A stretch of 64,000 nt of DNA from Octopus sinensis. Lineage: Eukaryota. The stretch is from the NCBI RefSeq assembly GCF_006345805.1, contig NC_043012.1, forward strand, positions 37,014,001-37,078,000. The letters run 5' to 3'. The translations under genes were made by a program, and so were the position numbers. Positions 25,715-36,885 of the stretch are shown here, piece after piece (the first letter of the stretch is position 1; each line of letters starts with the position of its first letter). A model generated the notes under the pieces. It was given only the letters and a program-made list of their open reading frames with translations, was not told where the DNA came from and did no database searches.

Positions 25715-27439
25715 GTCACTCCCCTGTTGGACTCCTAGATGTGTTTTAGCCTTCCTCGGTCAGAGATACCAAAGACGGACAAGCCAGAGAGAAGCCATAG
25801 CTCTATAATGCAACAGCCAATATCAATGACTGTCCTAAGGTGGCAAGCGGGCAGAGTCATTAGCATTGCCTGGCAAAACTCTTTGCGGCATTTTGTTCTT
25901 TATGTTGTGAGTTCAAATTCTGCTGAGGTCGATTTTGCCTTTAATCCTTTTTTTGTGGGGGGGGGGGGGTCAATAAAATAAGTACCAGTTGAACACTGGG
26001 GTCAATGTAATCGATTTACTCCCTCCCCCGAAATTGCTGGCCTTGTGCCAAAATTTGAAGCCATTATCATTGACTGATTTGCACTCGCAGACTGCCCAGT
26101 CAAGACTAATGGAGTAGCGACAGCGCTAAGCAATGTTGAAAGAATTTTTTTCTCTATGGTAAAATGCAGAGATTTTTTGCTTTTGGAAATTGAAAACCTG
26201 TCGGAAACCTGTTTGGACTAACCCTAAAGTTTTTAAACCTTCCAACACTGCTTAACACCTCCCCTATTTATATTTGTTCCTTCTAGAAATGTGCCATATA
26301 TCGTTGAGCATAAAGTGCCATAGTTTAGCCCCTGGTCATTCCTGATCAAGCAGGCTTAAGACTAAAAAGAGTCCAACTTTGACCATCACATTTGTTTCAC
26401 ATTCAGTTTTTTTCTTTTTAGTTTTTCCTTGCTTGCATGGGTTGATTGAAGAAATATGTTACCTGAGGCATTGTTTTTATACCAATGGATGCCCCTTCTG
26501 ACGCCAACCGTTATCTACTTTTCACTTAAAGGATTGCTTATTCCATGTATCTTCAAAAGCATGAAACACCTGAACAGTTTTTTGGACTGGAGAAACTGAC
26601 AACAACATTATGTACCATACTTTCATACAAGTAACTACATCTGTAAACACACACACACACACACATTGATATATATATGTCCAACCCATGCTAGCATGGA
26701 AAGCGGACGTTAAACGATGATGATGATATCATCATCATCATCATTAGCATGGGTTGGACGGTTCGACCGGGGTCTGGGAAGCCAGATGGCTGCACCAGGC
26801 TCCAGTCTGATCTGGCAATGTTTCTACAGCTGGATGCCCTTCCTAATGCCAACCACTCCGTGAGTGTAGTGGGTGCTTTTTACGTGCCACCGGCACAGGT
26901 GCCAGGCGAGGCTGGCAACGGCCACGATCGGTTGGTGCTTTTTACGTGCCACCAGCACGGAAGCCAGTCGAGGCAGCGCTGGCATCGGCCACATTCAGAT
27001 ATATGGATGTGTGTGTGTATGTGTATATACACATCTATATATGCATGTGTGTGTGTTTATGTATGTATGAGTAGACAGACAGCCGGCAACAGGCGAAGGG
27101 TCGCTCTTTGTGTTACTTGACTTATTTTCCATTTGTTTCTCTCGTTGTTTGCGTATTGAACTCATTTGCTTTCGTATTTCATGTTGTTTATTGTTAGTGA
27201 CGTCCTGTACCCATATATGCATGTGTGTATATAAATATATATATATATATAACGTACTATTCCGTGATAGAAAATTCAACAAAAATGTATTCCATCTGGT
27301 AAGAGATAGGTATTATTTATTTAAAGGTCACAAAACATGTATTAAAGCGCTACTGAGAGTTTTATATGCTGAGAAAACTCAATCATATTCCTCAGGTACA
27401 AACCACTTACCATTACGAACTAAAAAAATTGAATAATAG

Positions 27440-27474
<35 letters not shown>

Positions 27475-27508
27475 GTTCAATTTTTTTAGTTTGTAATGGT
27501 AAGTGGTT

Positions 27509-27560
27509 TGTACCTGAAGAATATGTTTGAGTTTTCTCAGCATATGAAACTCTCAGTAGC
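27509..27560 (+). ncRNA. Degenerate hammerhead-like motif in one arm of an inverted repeat (partner on - strand at ~27345-27400)
   Basis: CTGAAGA at 27514-27520; stem II ATATGtTTGAG-tttt-CTCAGCATAT; GAAAC at 27546-27550. Stems III and I are imperfect. Confidence 0.42.
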
Positions 27561-30216
27561 GCTTTAATACATGTTTTGTGACCTATACACATACATACAA
27601 TGGTCTTTCCCTTTTTGTTACTGAATCTACATACAAAGCTTAAGGTTATAGTAGAAAACTTGACCAAGGTACCACACAACGAGGCTGAACTTAAAACCAC
27701 ATGGTTGGGAGGTAAACGTGTCAACCACTGAGCCACGTATATCTAGGACTACATTTATTGAAAACTGTTGTTGCACTTACCATCAGCAAAGCATTTGCTT
27801 GTCTGGTACTGCCTACCTATTGGCACCTTCCATACCTTGTCTGTCATTTGCTTGCTTCTATACACCAAGCCATCTACTGACCACCACCTCCAACAACACC
27901 TAGACAGATGATGCCACCCTTTCTTCCTTCCTAACATTTCCACAATCTGCATGCTATTCACATGTAGTATGGGGGGAGGGCCATCCCAACTGCATTATAG
28001 GACCCCCCAGGCAAAGCTATACACTAGGGTCCTTAGTATATATATTTACCGAGAGCAAGTCATGCCATTCACAGATTGAGATGGCACCCATAAGCCTGTG
28101 GGTAGTCTGGGTAACAGGCTGGTGGGAAAGTTTCATAAAGGGTAAGTACCTGTTGGTGAAGAGGGGGCTGAAATATTTCCTGACCCTGGGGAAAACAATC
28201 AGTCTTTGTGATGTGCTTGTTGAGGATATGGGATCACCAGGAGAGATCTTCAGGGTAGGTGGACCCTAGCATGTGTAGAGACCTCTGAAGGTCCTAATTT
28301 TTTGTGCTGTTTATGTTTAACCATTTAGCATTCAACATTGGTCAGTCCACACTATTCTGTAAGGAGCACAGGGCCAGTTTCTTACAGATATTGTAGACTG
28401 CATTCACAAAGAGACTCACCTTTGTCTCACAAATGTGCTGTGTCCTCTCTCTCTCTGTTTTCTACCACTACTCAGTGGCTGTGGCTCATTACAACTTGCA
28501 AGTTTTCTACCCCTTCCACTCAGCACTGTACTCAGCCAAATATCCTCCACTCTCACTAAACAATTACCCAGTCCTTCCAATCCAAAATTCTGGAATTCCT
28601 TCTCGACTGATATTTTCCCTTCAGCCACAAACTTGCAACTTGCAAGAACAACGTTGGTCTCACTTGTCCTTGAAGGCTTGCAAAACCCGTGAAGATCTTA
28701 GTGTCCTTGAAGACCCGTGCAAGTCTCAGTGGTCTTGAAGGCCTGTAGTGGTTTCACTGGTTTTCAAAGTCTTCTAAAGGTCATAGGTGCAGCCCCTTTT
28801 TTCTATACCAATAAAAAAGAAAAAGAAAAGCAACCAGTTGGTTTCAACAGAAATGTTGAAGTAAAGGATGAAGCGTATTAGGGTGTGGAGTCTGAATCTT
28901 TGGGAATCTGAGATCAAATTCCATGCTACCAAATGTACCATTTCTATCCGTGTATGGTTAGTAAAACAAGCACCGTTAATATACTTGTTAGATTCAGTTC
29001 CTCACTACAGAGATTTTGTTTCGTTTTTGACAAGGAAAAGATTCTTTGCATTTTCTCTAAAGAACTCAACTGATTTTGTCCAACTGATCCTTCTCTCCAG
29101 GAATATAAGCAAGCTAAATGAAGTGAATTTGTTGAAACCATTCCACAGTCTAAACCCAGCATGGACAAATAGTTTTGAGAAGTGGGCTGCATGAGACATC
29201 ACTCATCATTGCGAGAGGGCATACTACTAAAATACTGTGGTAATTTTTCGGTAGGCGCCATTCAGAAAGTCTGGGAGGCAGCAATTTGGCCATGGCTACT
29301 CTAGAATCATTTGCTGTTTCCTTAAAAAACTGGACTTGTATCCAACTAAAAAATACAAAAACCTGACATCAAATAATTCCAAAATACTTTTTTTTTTATT
29401 TCTGCCAGATTCTTTGAATGCACATAGAATGTATGCAGACATTGCCAAGACTGATTATTCAGAATGCGGACCAGCAAATGCTACCCTCAGTCTACCCAAT
29501 AACTCACCACTCCAATTAACATATGACAGCCCCAGGTATATGGACAGCCGCGAACAGGGTAAGGGTTTTTTTCTTTCTTTTTTCTTTTCACTTTTTGGAT
29601 TTTGTTTTTCTTGGGTGGCAATCTGCTCCTTGGAATAAATTGTATTCTATTTTTTATAGAAGCATTTCTGAAGCAAATGCTTTCTCTAGCACCAAAACAT
29701 ATTTTTGACCTCTAGGAGAAATTGGTCGAATTGTTTACTTAGTTCAGATTAATTACAATTAAATTAGAATTATTAGATAAACAGTATAAGTATGTGCACA
29801 CACACACAATAGGTGAGACCAAGATATGCACGGAATAGAAAACACATACAAGTGCTCAAATGAATTTGAACTTGACACCATTGCACACAAACGTTCCATG
29901 TGAATAGTTCAGTAATATTTGTGGTTTTAAGCCCTGCAGTGGTGCATCCTCAGACTCGCATCAAAATGTGTGCTCTTAAATTGTGCACCTGCCAAGCATT
30001 GCATTTTGCTTATTTGTTGATGTAAGCCTAATGAAGTGTCACTCTAGTTTATAAAACTGCAAGAATTATGTAACTTTTTACACTGAACTCCTATGTATGT
30101 TGGAGTTAAAGAAAAAGAGTTGGTGCAAAAACAATTGTAACTGGTCATTAAAGATCTGCTAAACTCTGTCTTTTTATTTGGCATTTATATATATATATAT
30201 ATTTATTTATATATAT

Positions 30217-30250
<34 letters not shown>

Positions 30251-30301
30251 AGGTCACTTGCTATGCAAGTACATCTCGTTAATATATATATAAATATTTC
30301 T

Positions 30302-31125
30302 AATATAGGATAAAATTTTTTCAAAAAATTTCATCAATTCGCCAGCATGTTAAAATACCTTTTAAGGTGAATATTATAGACAATTATAAATAAGGGCAAA
30401 AGAAAAAATTTCTAAGCCAATATGCTGAGAAAAAGACTTTAAAGCGTCAATCACCACATACAATATACTTCACTATAAATACGCATCGTGTTGACTCAAG
30501 GAAAGCAAGCAAACAGAATTTTTTTTAAAATTCATTATCTCTATATCAAACGATTTCGGAATTAATCCAACGGATTTTTCTGCTCATCAGCAGAGAATAT
30601 GATAAGAAATAAATGAAATACTTACAAGCACCCATGGAAAAAAGCAGAAACAAAAGTCATGAGTACACATGAGTACTCCAAATATATCTAAATATAAATT
30701 CTGTAGCAAGCTTTCCTAGATTCTGCACGATGCGTATTTATAGTGAAGTATATTGTATGTGGTGATTGACGCTTTAAAGTCTATTTCTCAGCATATTGGC
30801 TTAGAGATTTTTTCTTTTGCCCTTATTTATAATTGTATGTGTGTGTGTATATATATATATATATACACACACACATACAATTATATACATTTTTATTATT
30901 TTTTTGCAATTTACTTAATCATTGGTATTTTATTGTTATTTTAATTTTAATATTTCTATTATATGTAATTTTCTCGATGGTGTAATTTAATTATTCATTT
31001 TGAATTGATAAAAGGTGGTTCTTTCTAATTTTTTATATATATATATTATATTGTGTGAAATTTGATTTAGTATTTCTAAATTGAATTTTTTCCCTGTAAG
31101 TTAGGATTAATATTCCCTCAAATAA
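30302..31125 (-). mobile_element. Second copy of the AT-rich hammerhead/inverted-repeat element family
   Basis: Shares terminal segments with 4252-5410 in the opposite orientation. Has a 110-bp IR (30381-30490 / 30726-30835) enclosing a minus-strand hammerhead and is flanked by TA-rich tracts. Confidence 0.5.
30538..30596 (-). ncRNA. Hammerhead-ribozyme-like motif (type I, minimal)
   Basis: The minus strand reads TCTCTG-CTGATGA-gcagaaaAATCC-gtt-GGATTaattcc-GAAA-TCG-tt-TG-ATA-TAGAGA. This gives a 6-bp stem I, intact core boxes, a short stem III and an AUA triplet. Confidence 0.6.
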
Positions 31126-31199
31126 TTATTATATATTTATATATTTATATAAAATTTAGATTGGTTTTGTCCATTATCAGCCCTGGCCATGACTAACTC

Positions 31200-33720
31200 A
31201 ATAGCACTACCTGGAAAAGTCTTTTAATTAATTATTTCGGGACACCATGGACCACTCAAGCAGAGAGTTGCTGTTAGTTGAGATGTATCCAGGTGTAGGT
31301 GGTTTATCCGGTATCTCCTGGAGAGATTTGTCCAGGTACCCGCTTGAAAGATGTGGGGTCTTTTTCTACTTTAATTTCTTTCAGAATAACATTGAAAAAG
31401 AGCAAGGGCATTTGCAGGGAAGAAACTCTGTTGCAATGTTCTTCTGTGATGTGATCTCGACCTTTGTAGGGGACGCATTGCACAGGAGCCAAGTCTTGGG
31501 TGAATTCGAAACGTAATACCAATATCATTTGGATAATATTGATGGAATATTTCCCACATGGTGCAAATAATGTATCACTCATGGTGGCATTGCAGAGAAT
31601 AGTGTTTCAGCCGTTTAAGTTGAGCCCAATAATCAAGTTCCATTTATTTTTTAGTGATTGATTTTTGTAGAGCTTCGATCCTCATTATGTTTTGTTTTTT
31701 GTAGGGGACCACAATAGGCAACAGTATTCAAGGTGGGGCCTAGCGAATGTGGAGAAGAGAAGGATGATGGTTTCATGATCCCTAGATTAGAAAGTTCTGA
31801 GGATCCATCAGCACTCTCCAACTAAGGTTGCTGTCGACAGTAACACCTAAGACTGATATTATCTGATGGTTCAAGTAGGTCTCCCGGCGGTAGTGTCTAT
31901 GGTTGGTTGAGTGTGCCCTCTCTTCCAAAGGGGATGAACTCAAGCTTTTCTTCATTCAACTGCATGTTGTTTTTTTTTTGTGTGCCCACTGGGTTACTGC
32001 GCACAGGTCCGATTGAAGCATTGTTTGATCATATGCTCCCTTAATGACTTTCTGGAGCTTAGAGTCATCTGCAAATATTTTTAGGGTGCTGTGTTCAAGG
32101 AATCTGCAATGACCTTGATATAGACAATAAAAAGAAGTGGACCCAGCACAGTACCCTGCGGGACTCTGCTGATGACTTTTTCTGGTTTTGAGTGGATGCT
32201 GTCAACCACAATATGCTGGGTCCTGTTTGTTAGGAAATACCCAATCCATTGAAATAGCTTTCCACTGACTCTAGCATTGGATAGTGTCTTTAACAGCATA
32301 TTGGGGTCAACTCTGTCAAAGGCCTGGCTGAAATCAAGGAATATGACATCCGCATTGAAGCCCTCACTTAGTACATTTAAGATGTCATCAAAGTGGTGGA
32401 GGAGCTGTGTTAGACAGTTGCTCCTCCCACCACGAAAGCCATGATGGTTGCAATTTAGGAGATGATTTTGTTCTAGGAAGGCTGTTATTCTTGATCTCAA
32501 CACTCTCTCATATTTTGATATGTGAGGTGAGTGAGATTGGACGGTAGTTTACTGGGAGGGATTTATTCCCTTTTTTAAAGATAGGAATAACTGGCTGGCA
32601 GAGGAGGTTCTGAGGGATAAAACCAGCACCCAGTGATTTTTGCCAGAGATTTGCAAGAGGAGCTGCAAGTTGCTGTCTGCATTGCTTCGGCACTCTAGCA
32701 GGGAACCTGTCAGGACCCACTGCTGAATCGGGTTCGATTTCTTTTATTGCTGCTAGGATGTCAGTGGCGTCGAAGGTTATGTCAGAAAGGACATGCTGGG
32801 GAATCACAGAAGCAAAGCTGCGTGAGTCAACTGAATCAGGGTCATTGGAAACAGAACGGTATTGAATTCGCAGAATCTGAGCGCCATGTCTTTGGCATCA
32901 CTGTGAAGGATGCAGTTTTCGTCAACCAGTGGGCCGATACAGGAAACTGTGGTCCTATGTGTTTTTACAAAGGAGTAAAAAATTTTAGGATTATTCTTGA
33001 TGCTTTTAATAGCTCAGGATTCCTCTGCAGCTTTTTGGGTGTTTTTAAGGGTTCTCATACGGTCCTGCAGTTGTTGCTTCCTTGATTCCAAGGTTGTTAA
33101 TGTTCTCGATTAGGGGTGATGCTCATGGTGGGATTTCAGAGTATTGATTTTTCGGTTTATCCTTTTTATTCTCCTGATGAGTGCTTGTCACTGTTTTGGA
33201 ATCCTGCGTCTACTTTTATCTATGAGTCGTGAGGGCGTGTGTTTTGAGCATATGTGGGTGACTGCGTCCTCAAATAGTTACCATGCGTTTGTGTTTGTTG
33301 TGGTATTGGAGGAAGCAGGGGTGAAGGACCAATCCACCTGTGATACGTTTTGAGTGATTGCACCCCAGTTTGACTTGTGTAAATTCATGTTATCAAATGG
33401 GTGCGCTGGAGTTAGTGATTTATGCCGAATTTTTGGATACTGAAGATTGGCGTTCCAAAGTATTATGTCATGATGAGACAGGAGGGTTCTTTCCACTGTG
33501 ATGTTAGGGATAGTGTTAGCATGATGGCTTAGCACTAGATCCAAGACACTCTGGTTGTTTCTGGTTGGTTCATGGACGAGTTGTGACAGGAACAAATTAT
33601 CCATAAATTTGAAAAGTAACTCCCACTGTTGCTTTGTTTGAGCTTGAGGTGAAGGTTCTTTGGCTAACAATATTAGTGGACACAATCTACAGAGGGCAGG
33701 TTGAAGTTGCCCATCATCAG
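31200..33720 (-). pseudogene. CR1/L2-group LINE ORF2 remnant (EN + RT)
   Basis: LSQLVHEPTR...VLDLVL (EN end), NYRPISLTSH, HHGFR, DVIFLDFSQAFDRVD, VPQGTVLGPLLF and IFADD occur across broken frames. Confidence 0.88.
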
Positions 33721-33763
33721 AATATTTCCTGGGTTACATTGCAACAGGAAAGATTTGTGTGTA

Positions 33764-33811
<48 letters not shown>

Positions 33812-33823
33812 CACACACACACG

Positions 33824-33856
<33 letters not shown>

Positions 33857-34851
33857 TTAAATTACCTGTGTCGGTGACACGTAAAAGCACCAACCGATCG
33901 TGGCTGTTTTCCAGCCTCCTGTGCCCACTGTGCCGGTGGCACGTAAAAAGCACCCACTACAGTCACGGAGTGGTTGGCATTAGGAAGGGCATCAAGCTGT
34001 AGAAACACTGCCAAATCAGACTGGAGCCTGGCGCAGCCTCCTGACTTCCCAGGCTCCGGTCGAACTGTCCAATCCATGCTAGCATGGAAAACGGACGTTA
34101 AACGATGATGATGATGATGATAATATATATATATACATCATCATCATTACTTAATGTCTGCTTTCCATGCTAGCATGGGTTGGATGGTTTGACAGGATCT
34201 GGAGAACTGCACCAGGTTCCAGTCTGGTTTGGCATGGTTTCTATGGCTGGATGTCCTCCCTAACGCCAACCACTCCATGAGTGTAGTGGGTGCTTTTTAC
34301 GTGCCACCGGCACAGGGGCCAGTTATGTGACACCAGCATATATTTATATAATTTTTATTCTTTTATTCGTTTCACTCATTTGACTGTGGCATCGCCTTTA
34401 GTCAAAGAAATTGACCCCAGGACTTATTCTTTGTAAGCTTAGTACTTATTCTATCGGTCTCTTTTGCTGAACCACTAAGTTACGAGGATGTAAACACACC
34501 AGCGTTGGTTGTCAAGCGATGGTGGGGAGACAAACACAGATGCACAAACATATACATGTATCATCATCATCATCATCATCATCGTCGTTTAACGTCCGTT
34601 CTCCATGCTAGCATGGGTTGGACGGTTCGACCGGTTCTGGGAAGCCAGAAGGCTGCACCAGGCTCCAGTCTAATTTGGCAATGTTTCTACAGCTGGATGC
34701 CCTTCTAACGCCAACCACTCCGTGAGTGTAGTGGGTGCTTTTTACGTGCCACCTGCACAGGTGCCAGGCGGGGCTGGCAACGGCCACGGTCATATTGGTG
34801 TATTTTATGTGCCACCGGCACGGAAGCCAGTCGAGGCGGTGCTGGCATCGG

Positions 34852-35290
34852 CCACGAGTCGGATAGTGCTTTTTACGTACCACCAGACCAGGGATCCTGG
34901 CTGTTCAATTCGATTTCGATTTCGCTTGCCCCAACATGTCTTCACAAGCAAAGGGGGTTGGCAGGGTGCCTGTCGTACGGTCGCATTGGAGTATTTTACG
35001 TGCCACGGCCACGAGTCGGATAGTGCTTTTTACGTACCACCAGACCAGGGATCCTGGCTGGTTCAATTCGATTTCGATTTCGCTTGCCCCACATGTCTTC
35101 ACAAGCAAAGGGGGTTGGCATGGGTGCCTGTCGTACGGTCGCATTGGAGTATTTTACGTGCCGCGCCCCGAGTCGGATAGTGCTTTTTACGTACCACCAG
35201 GCCAGGGATCCTGGCTGGTTCAATTCGGTTTCGATTTCGATTTCGATTTCGCTTGCCCCAACATGTCTTCGCAAGCATGGGGGTTGGGAT
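34852..35290. repeat. ~157-bp tandem repeat (about 2.7 copies) inside a family C element
   Basis: CC.CGAGTCGGATAGTGCTTTTTACGTACCACCAG recurs at 34852, 35009 and ~35166. Confidence 0.85.
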
Positions 35291-36172
35291 GGGTGTCTGT
35301 CGTCGGATGAGGTTCTATATCGACTTCGCTTGCCTCAACCGGTCTTTGTGTCCAAGGGAGGAAAGGCATTCATAAGTGGGCTGGGCTCACTTGTCCTGCC
35401 TGGGCTCACTTGTCCTGTCCTGCATGTATATATATGTATATATATATATATATATGTACAACAGGTTTCTGTCTACCAAATTCACTCAAGGCTTTGGTTG
35501 GCACGAGGCTATAGCACAAGACACTTGTCCAAGGTGCCACACAGTGGGACTGAACCCAGAACCATCTGGTTGGTAAGCAAGCTTCTTACCACACAGCCAC
35601 TCCTGCGCCTGTCTATAATATATTTTCAACATGCCATTGATGCTGTGGCTAATTTCGTAAATCATTTTCCCCAGTTTGTTGGCTGAATATTCTTTGCTTC
35701 TGAAAAACTGTTTGTTGCACAACTTTTACATTTAGCATACTACTAATCTGCTGAGTGGTTGGTGTCAGGAAGGGCTTCCTGCTGTAAAAATCCTGCCAAA
35801 ACAGTCACAGAAGTCTGGTGCAGGCTTCTACCTGGCCAGCTCCTGTCAGACCGTTCCACCCATGCCAGCATGGAAGGCAGACGTTAAACGACGATGATGA
35901 TGGTGATGGTTCATATATGACCCACCAGCATCTGTGTTGTCTACTTGTGCTTTGTTGTTCAAATTTCAAATCGCTAATCAAATGGACTGACCCTAACCCA
36001 AGTGTAAACTGTTTCTGGTTCAGTGATGAGATTTCAGCTCATTATGTGGCTTGAATTTTCTTCAGAAAAACTGTTCATTTGTTTCTTTAGAGAACCATTC
36101 ATGGATGGGCGTCCCACCTGTATATTAAACATATGTTATTTTATACTCTTTTTTTTTTGTTTTGTTTTTCAG

Positions 36173-36304
36173 ACGATGTGTTTTTGACCCTGGAACATGC
36201 AAAAGAGCAGTTTTTATCGTTGCTACAAAAAATGGATATTGATGCTCTTGTTGCATTTGATAAATGGTTGAAAATGATGCGGATTAGTCGTAATCCACTT
36301 ACTG
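36173..36304 (+). CDS. Coding exon 2 of the same gene (132 nt, phase 1-1; not in the ORF track)
   Basis: Long poly-T tract and TTTTCAG acceptor (AG 36171-36172). Open frame (G)AC-DVFLTLEHAKEQFLSLLQKMDIDALVAFDKWLKMMRISRNPLT-G. Donor ACTG|GTACGT. Frame is compatible with exons 1 and 3. Confidence 0.75.
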
Positions 36305-36843
36305 GTACGTAATCATTCACTTCTCTCTTTCTTTCTTTTTTTTTCCCGTTTTCTCATCATCATCACCATCATCCTAATGTCTACCTTTCCATATTTTCAT
36401 GGGTTGGATGGAATTTGTTGAGGCACACTTTCCGTGGTTGATGCCCTTCCTGTTTCCCAAGCAAGATAACGTTTTCCCGTGGCCAGACATGTAAATGAGC
36501 ATCATTGTCATACAAGCGAGGTTGTGTGTTTTCAATCTTCCATCATAAACATTTCTGGCCATGGGTTATATTACCTTGCTTCAAAACAAGTGAAGGTTGG
36601 TGACAGGAAAGGCACACAGTCGTAGAAAAATCTGCCTCAACAAATTCCATCCAATGTATGCGAGCATGGTAAAGTGGATGTTAAAAACGATGATGATGAT
36701 GATGTTGTTTTACAACCAGATGCCCTTCCTGTCACTAACCTGTAACTATTTTCTAAAGGAGTTTTCATTCCATTCATGTTTGAAAGTGCAGAGCTCCCAG
36801 TTGATTTGTGTACATGGAAGTGTCAGCAAATGGCATTATTGCT

Positions 36844-36885
<42 letters not shown>

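Noticed and set aside
28318-29700. Possible decayed DNA transposon (TTAACCATTTAGCATT start, short ORFs)
   Set aside because: I could not identify a matching second terminus or a reliable transposase motif by eye.
34720-35200. CRISPR-like regularly spaced GTGCTTTTTACGT repeats
   Set aside because: The context is eukaryotic, the spacers are themselves repeated, there are no cas genes, and it is part of a dispersed retroposon.
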